Below are positions 60,101-64,000 of a DNA stretch of 64,000 nt, piece after piece. The notes below the pieces were generated by a model that was not told where the DNA came from, did no database searches, and saw only the letters and a program-made list of their open reading frames with translations. Numbering within the stretch: the first letter of the stretch is position 1; each line of letters begins with the position of its first letter. The DNA is from Trichoplax adhaerens. Taxonomy: Eukaryota > Animalia > Placozoa. The stretch lies in NCBI RefSeq assembly GCF_000150275.1, contig NW_002060946.1, forward strand, positions 6,863,855 to 6,927,854, given 5' to 3'. Position numbers and translations under genes: made by a program.

Positions 60101-63100
60101 CTTGTGGTATGGATCATGCTGGTATAGAGTTGTGCATGCTGACTGATTCAGTTCTGCATGATTCTGCAGTAATTAAATTGGAGTACTTGTCAAAGAAGGA
60201 ATTGATAAGGATGAGTGGTTCGATCCTTCATACTGTGTTTATAGCTTTGTCGCAGCTGAGAGTAATCTAGTCATGGATCATTCTACAAGACTACTTCTCA
60301 AGTTTACTCACATAATATTATCGATGTTAGGGTATAATAAACACGTCGACGTTATAACGTGATTACAATAGAGTGCTGTTAAAAGTGATCGATAATATGG
60401 CTTATTTCCATATGTTTATACAGCTATTCAAGTTGAGAATAATAAAGGGATTGGCGATATGTTTGAATTCTCTATACCAATGATGATATCTAAGGTTGCA
60501 TGTACTGTGGTAACAGAATTAACTAAACTATTGTAGAGTTTCACGTTATGCACGTAGTGCCATATTAGAGCTAAATATAAATAAAGAAATATCGATGATA
60601 AAAGATTTAGGATAGTGTTATGGAGTTCTCATTCCAGTATTGCTAAGAATGGGTATTTACTTATTACCATATAATCAAAATCTAGATGTTTGTAGTACTA
60701 GTAAAATTAAGTAGAAAGGGATCGATGAAATATAGAGTTGTAAATGACTATGCATGTAGTAAAATATTAGAACTAAATACGCCTTGTGAATAAAGAAATG
60801 ATGATAAAGAGATTAAGGATAATATTGTGGAGTTCCTCATTCTAGCATCCCTACTGATGTTGAGAATAATGTAAAGATTGATGATGCAGTCAAATTCAAG
60901 ATGTTTATAGCACTAATAAAATTGAACTGTCAGAGAGCGATGAAATGGTTGAATTCTATAGGACCGTGCACGTTGTGAAATATAACAGCTCAATATCAAT
61001 AAAGGAATGATGATCGATTCCGACAAATCCACATCCTAACAGGTCTATTAATATTGAGCCTAACAAAGATGGATGATATGTTTTACACTTCCACATCCTA
61101 ATAGCGTTACTAATGCTGTGCATAATACAGATTGATTGTACTGTCATCGAGTTCCTTACGACGCTAGTAATATTCAATAAAATAAAAGAAGTTGATGATA
61201 TAGCGAATTAAGTTGTACAAAGTTATAGCATGATTATGATATGAAGTAGGATAAAAGGATTGATCTTGCTATATCTATTTTCATGGGTAATAGAGCGAAC
61301 GAAATAATTAACAATAAGTGATCATTAATGCTCCTTCATGCTAACGATTTTCAATCATCAAAAGATATGGTTACGTGATGATAATATAGAAGAATAAATT
61401 TTATTAAACGAGGACATTATTTGTTAACTTAGGAGAAGATGCATTTTTGTTTATACTGATATGTAGAATACTTTTATTCTTTGTGCATGTAGTTGTGCTC
61501 AAAAAGTAAATTAATGCGGGCCTATATATTATAATAGGTAATAAATCAATGTAAGGAATATCGTTACCCATATAGATATGATTGTCATTAATATATAAAA
61601 TTGATTGCGTCGTATGAAAAATATCCCCTATTTGCATAAACAACCATCAAAAAGGAAATTAAATGTTTATGACCATTTGATATATAAATCTTTAAACTAT
61701 GCGAGTATAAGAACAGAGTATATCAGATATTAATCATTTATAATCATGAAGCTTGAACGGATAATAGATTAAAAGCATCACAACAGCAATGGCAACAATC
61801 ATATACCAAGCTAAAAGGTGATAAAGTCATTTATAAGAAAGTGAGGGCTTATAATCTTATGCTTTATTTGCAGTCAACAATCTTGCTGTATTTCTTACCC
61901 ATATTCCTCTGTTATAACAGTATAATGAAGACAACAAAGAGATGAAATAGGTAAATATGAAAACATCAAGAAATCGATTGTAAATTCATAAGGAAGGAAT
62001 TGCTTTGAAGGGATGGATTAATATATTCTGTATTAAATTTTTACTGTCAGATATTTTAGTGATCCAAGTCAGTCTGATCTTATTCGATATTGCTGATGAT
62101 GAAGAAAGGTGTAGGGATAAAATGACAGCATGTAGAAAGACTATTTGAGGAAAAAGAATATTGGCAGTAACAAAGTGATATTGGATTACATGATACCAAT
62201 AAATATGAAATACCGTTCGTTCATTGCAATGGACAATATTGTAGACAAGTGGATTTTTAGTTGCTTAATATTGAAAATTTAGATACTATTCAACCTGGAT
62301 GCTAGTTTCAATGGCTTCTCCAAAATAAATGAATGCATAATTACGAATCAGTAAGTAACAATAAAGTTACGTAAAAGGAATTACGCTTAGCTACCCATTC
62401 GGAGATCGATTTCATCATTAATGCTTAATTAAGCCATGTATCCACTTTAAGAAATAATTACAAATGCAATAAGTCATCATTAAAAACTGAACGATCACCG
62501 ATCGATGTTTGTGAAATTAGAAGAATGTGTAAAGAGTAAAAGACGATTAAGGAAATGTTCCTTTGCATAATGGAGCTATATCAATCTATTCTTAAATAGC
62601 CATGAATCTTTTTAATCCTACTGATCATTGCTCTATAAATGATAGACCATTACCTCTATTATGACCCTTTGTACAATGTTGCAATTCACTTTTAGATTTG
62701 GGATACTGTTACGCGATAGGAATAATCCTAACTTACAACAAAGGTTGAGAGTGTGTTTTGGAATCGATACTACTGTCAATTGGAATACCAATCAGTTGAT
62801 ATTCCTATGCAGATAGAACTAAAATTGAGCAGAGTGAGGTCTCCAATCTATCTAGAAAATTAAAATCCAATTTAGAGTCGGTGAAGCCACAGTTTATATA
62901 GGTTTAGGTACATAATATTAGCTTAACTTAATCGGTCATATTGTCTTTTAAAAATGAACCAAGCTAATACTCTAAAGAGTCTCCATTTGTACGGATTATA
63001 ATCCTATTAAATTGACTATGCAAAATTAAATTGATCTAATTTTTTATCGTTAAAGACGTAACTTAATGGGATTTAGGTGCCTAAAATCGATTTAACTAGA

Positions 63101-63339
63101 GCAGTCACTTAGTCTGTAAGAAATGAATTAAATTAAAGCTGTAAAGAATCTCCATTGGTACGGATTAAACGCAGTCTAATCATATCAAAATTACTGCGCT
63201 AATATTAAATTAATCCATTCATAATCGCAGTTTAACAAACATAGGTTAGGCTATCCTACTAAGCTATTTCATGTAAACTTAGAAATTGTACTTTCAACCT
63301 TAATATCATTCGAGGTGATAGATACAATCTGGTTTAACG

Positions 63340-63680
63340 TATTAGCAATGACTATTTTAGTCTATTTAATCCTAAATTGATGATTGCCAACGTATCATCT
63401 CTTAAAGTCTAAAGCTACAATTAAGGAGACCGTAAACGTTAATGCAATCTAGATAGACTTATAGGCAATACTGCTTTAGTCTATTTAATCCTAAATTAAC
63501 GATTGCTAATGTATCAATTGTCAAGCTCTAAAGCCAAAATTAAGAAGACAGTAACATTAATACAATCTAGTTAAACTAGTTGGCAATGAATATTTTAGTA
63601 TACATTATCTCAAATTAACGATTGCTAGTGTATAACATATATAACTATCAAGCACTAAAGTCATAATTAAGGAGAACTTA
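63340..63680. repeat. Three diverged tandem copies, ~120 bp
   Basis: GCAAT....TTTAGT.TA....ATC..AAATT...GATTGC...CTAAAG..A.AATTAAG.AGA at ~63346, 63465 and 63583. Confidence 0.8.
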
Positions 63681-64000
63681 AACATTACTGGCATAGAAGC
63701 ATATATTGAAACTAATATGGAATTAATGTACACATCACGAAAATTTACTTTGATAACAGATACAAATTCCATTAAGGAATGATTAAAAAATGAGCGATAG
63801 CAGATTAAAATTGGTAACAAATACGAATACATGAAAGGAGACAGTCGATTGAGGAATACTAACATTGCCAATAGATATAATGATCCATCAGCTAGGAATA
63901 AGTTCGCTATTACTCTAAATTCGTACCGTACTTAGTCAGAGCTTCCAATGGTAACATTGATCTTCGTATGGAATGTCTTTTGCTTCTGTATATTAGATTA

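Noticed and set aside
60170-60235. GGTTCGATCC, a tRNA T-loop / B-box-like motif (also GGTTCGAAA at ~30060)
   Set aside because: No acceptor, D or anticodon stems can be formed.

Overview
AT-rich, intron-dense eukaryotic DNA. Gene content and style suggest a compact early-branching animal genome; placozoan (Trichoplax-like) is my inference and is not provable from the window. Five spliced protein-coding genes were reconstructed by hand: TMEM145 (+, 6701-14019), a USP25/28 deubiquitinase (-, ~16813-24383), the radial-spoke MORN protein RSPH1 (+, 27039-29018), an 8-Ig/1-FN3 nephrin-architecture receptor (+, 36905-43612) and a convergent 4-Ig/2-FN3 CDON/BOC/Ihog-like receptor (-, 46313-52951). 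The most unusual region is 30.5-32.5 kb, which has no credible ORF but is packed with G-U-rich hairpins that fold only on the + strand. It includes a ~440-nt element ending in box H - hairpin - ACA that sits inside a GT-AG intron-like interval and is preceded by an AP-1/TACAG array. It is a candidate large H/ACA RNA with partial telomerase-RNA-like features, but it lacks a clean template. RFX X-boxes lie upstream of RSPH1 and TMEM145. There is one 82-N assembly gap and several local tandem repeats. All folding and family assignments were made by eye; no searches were run.
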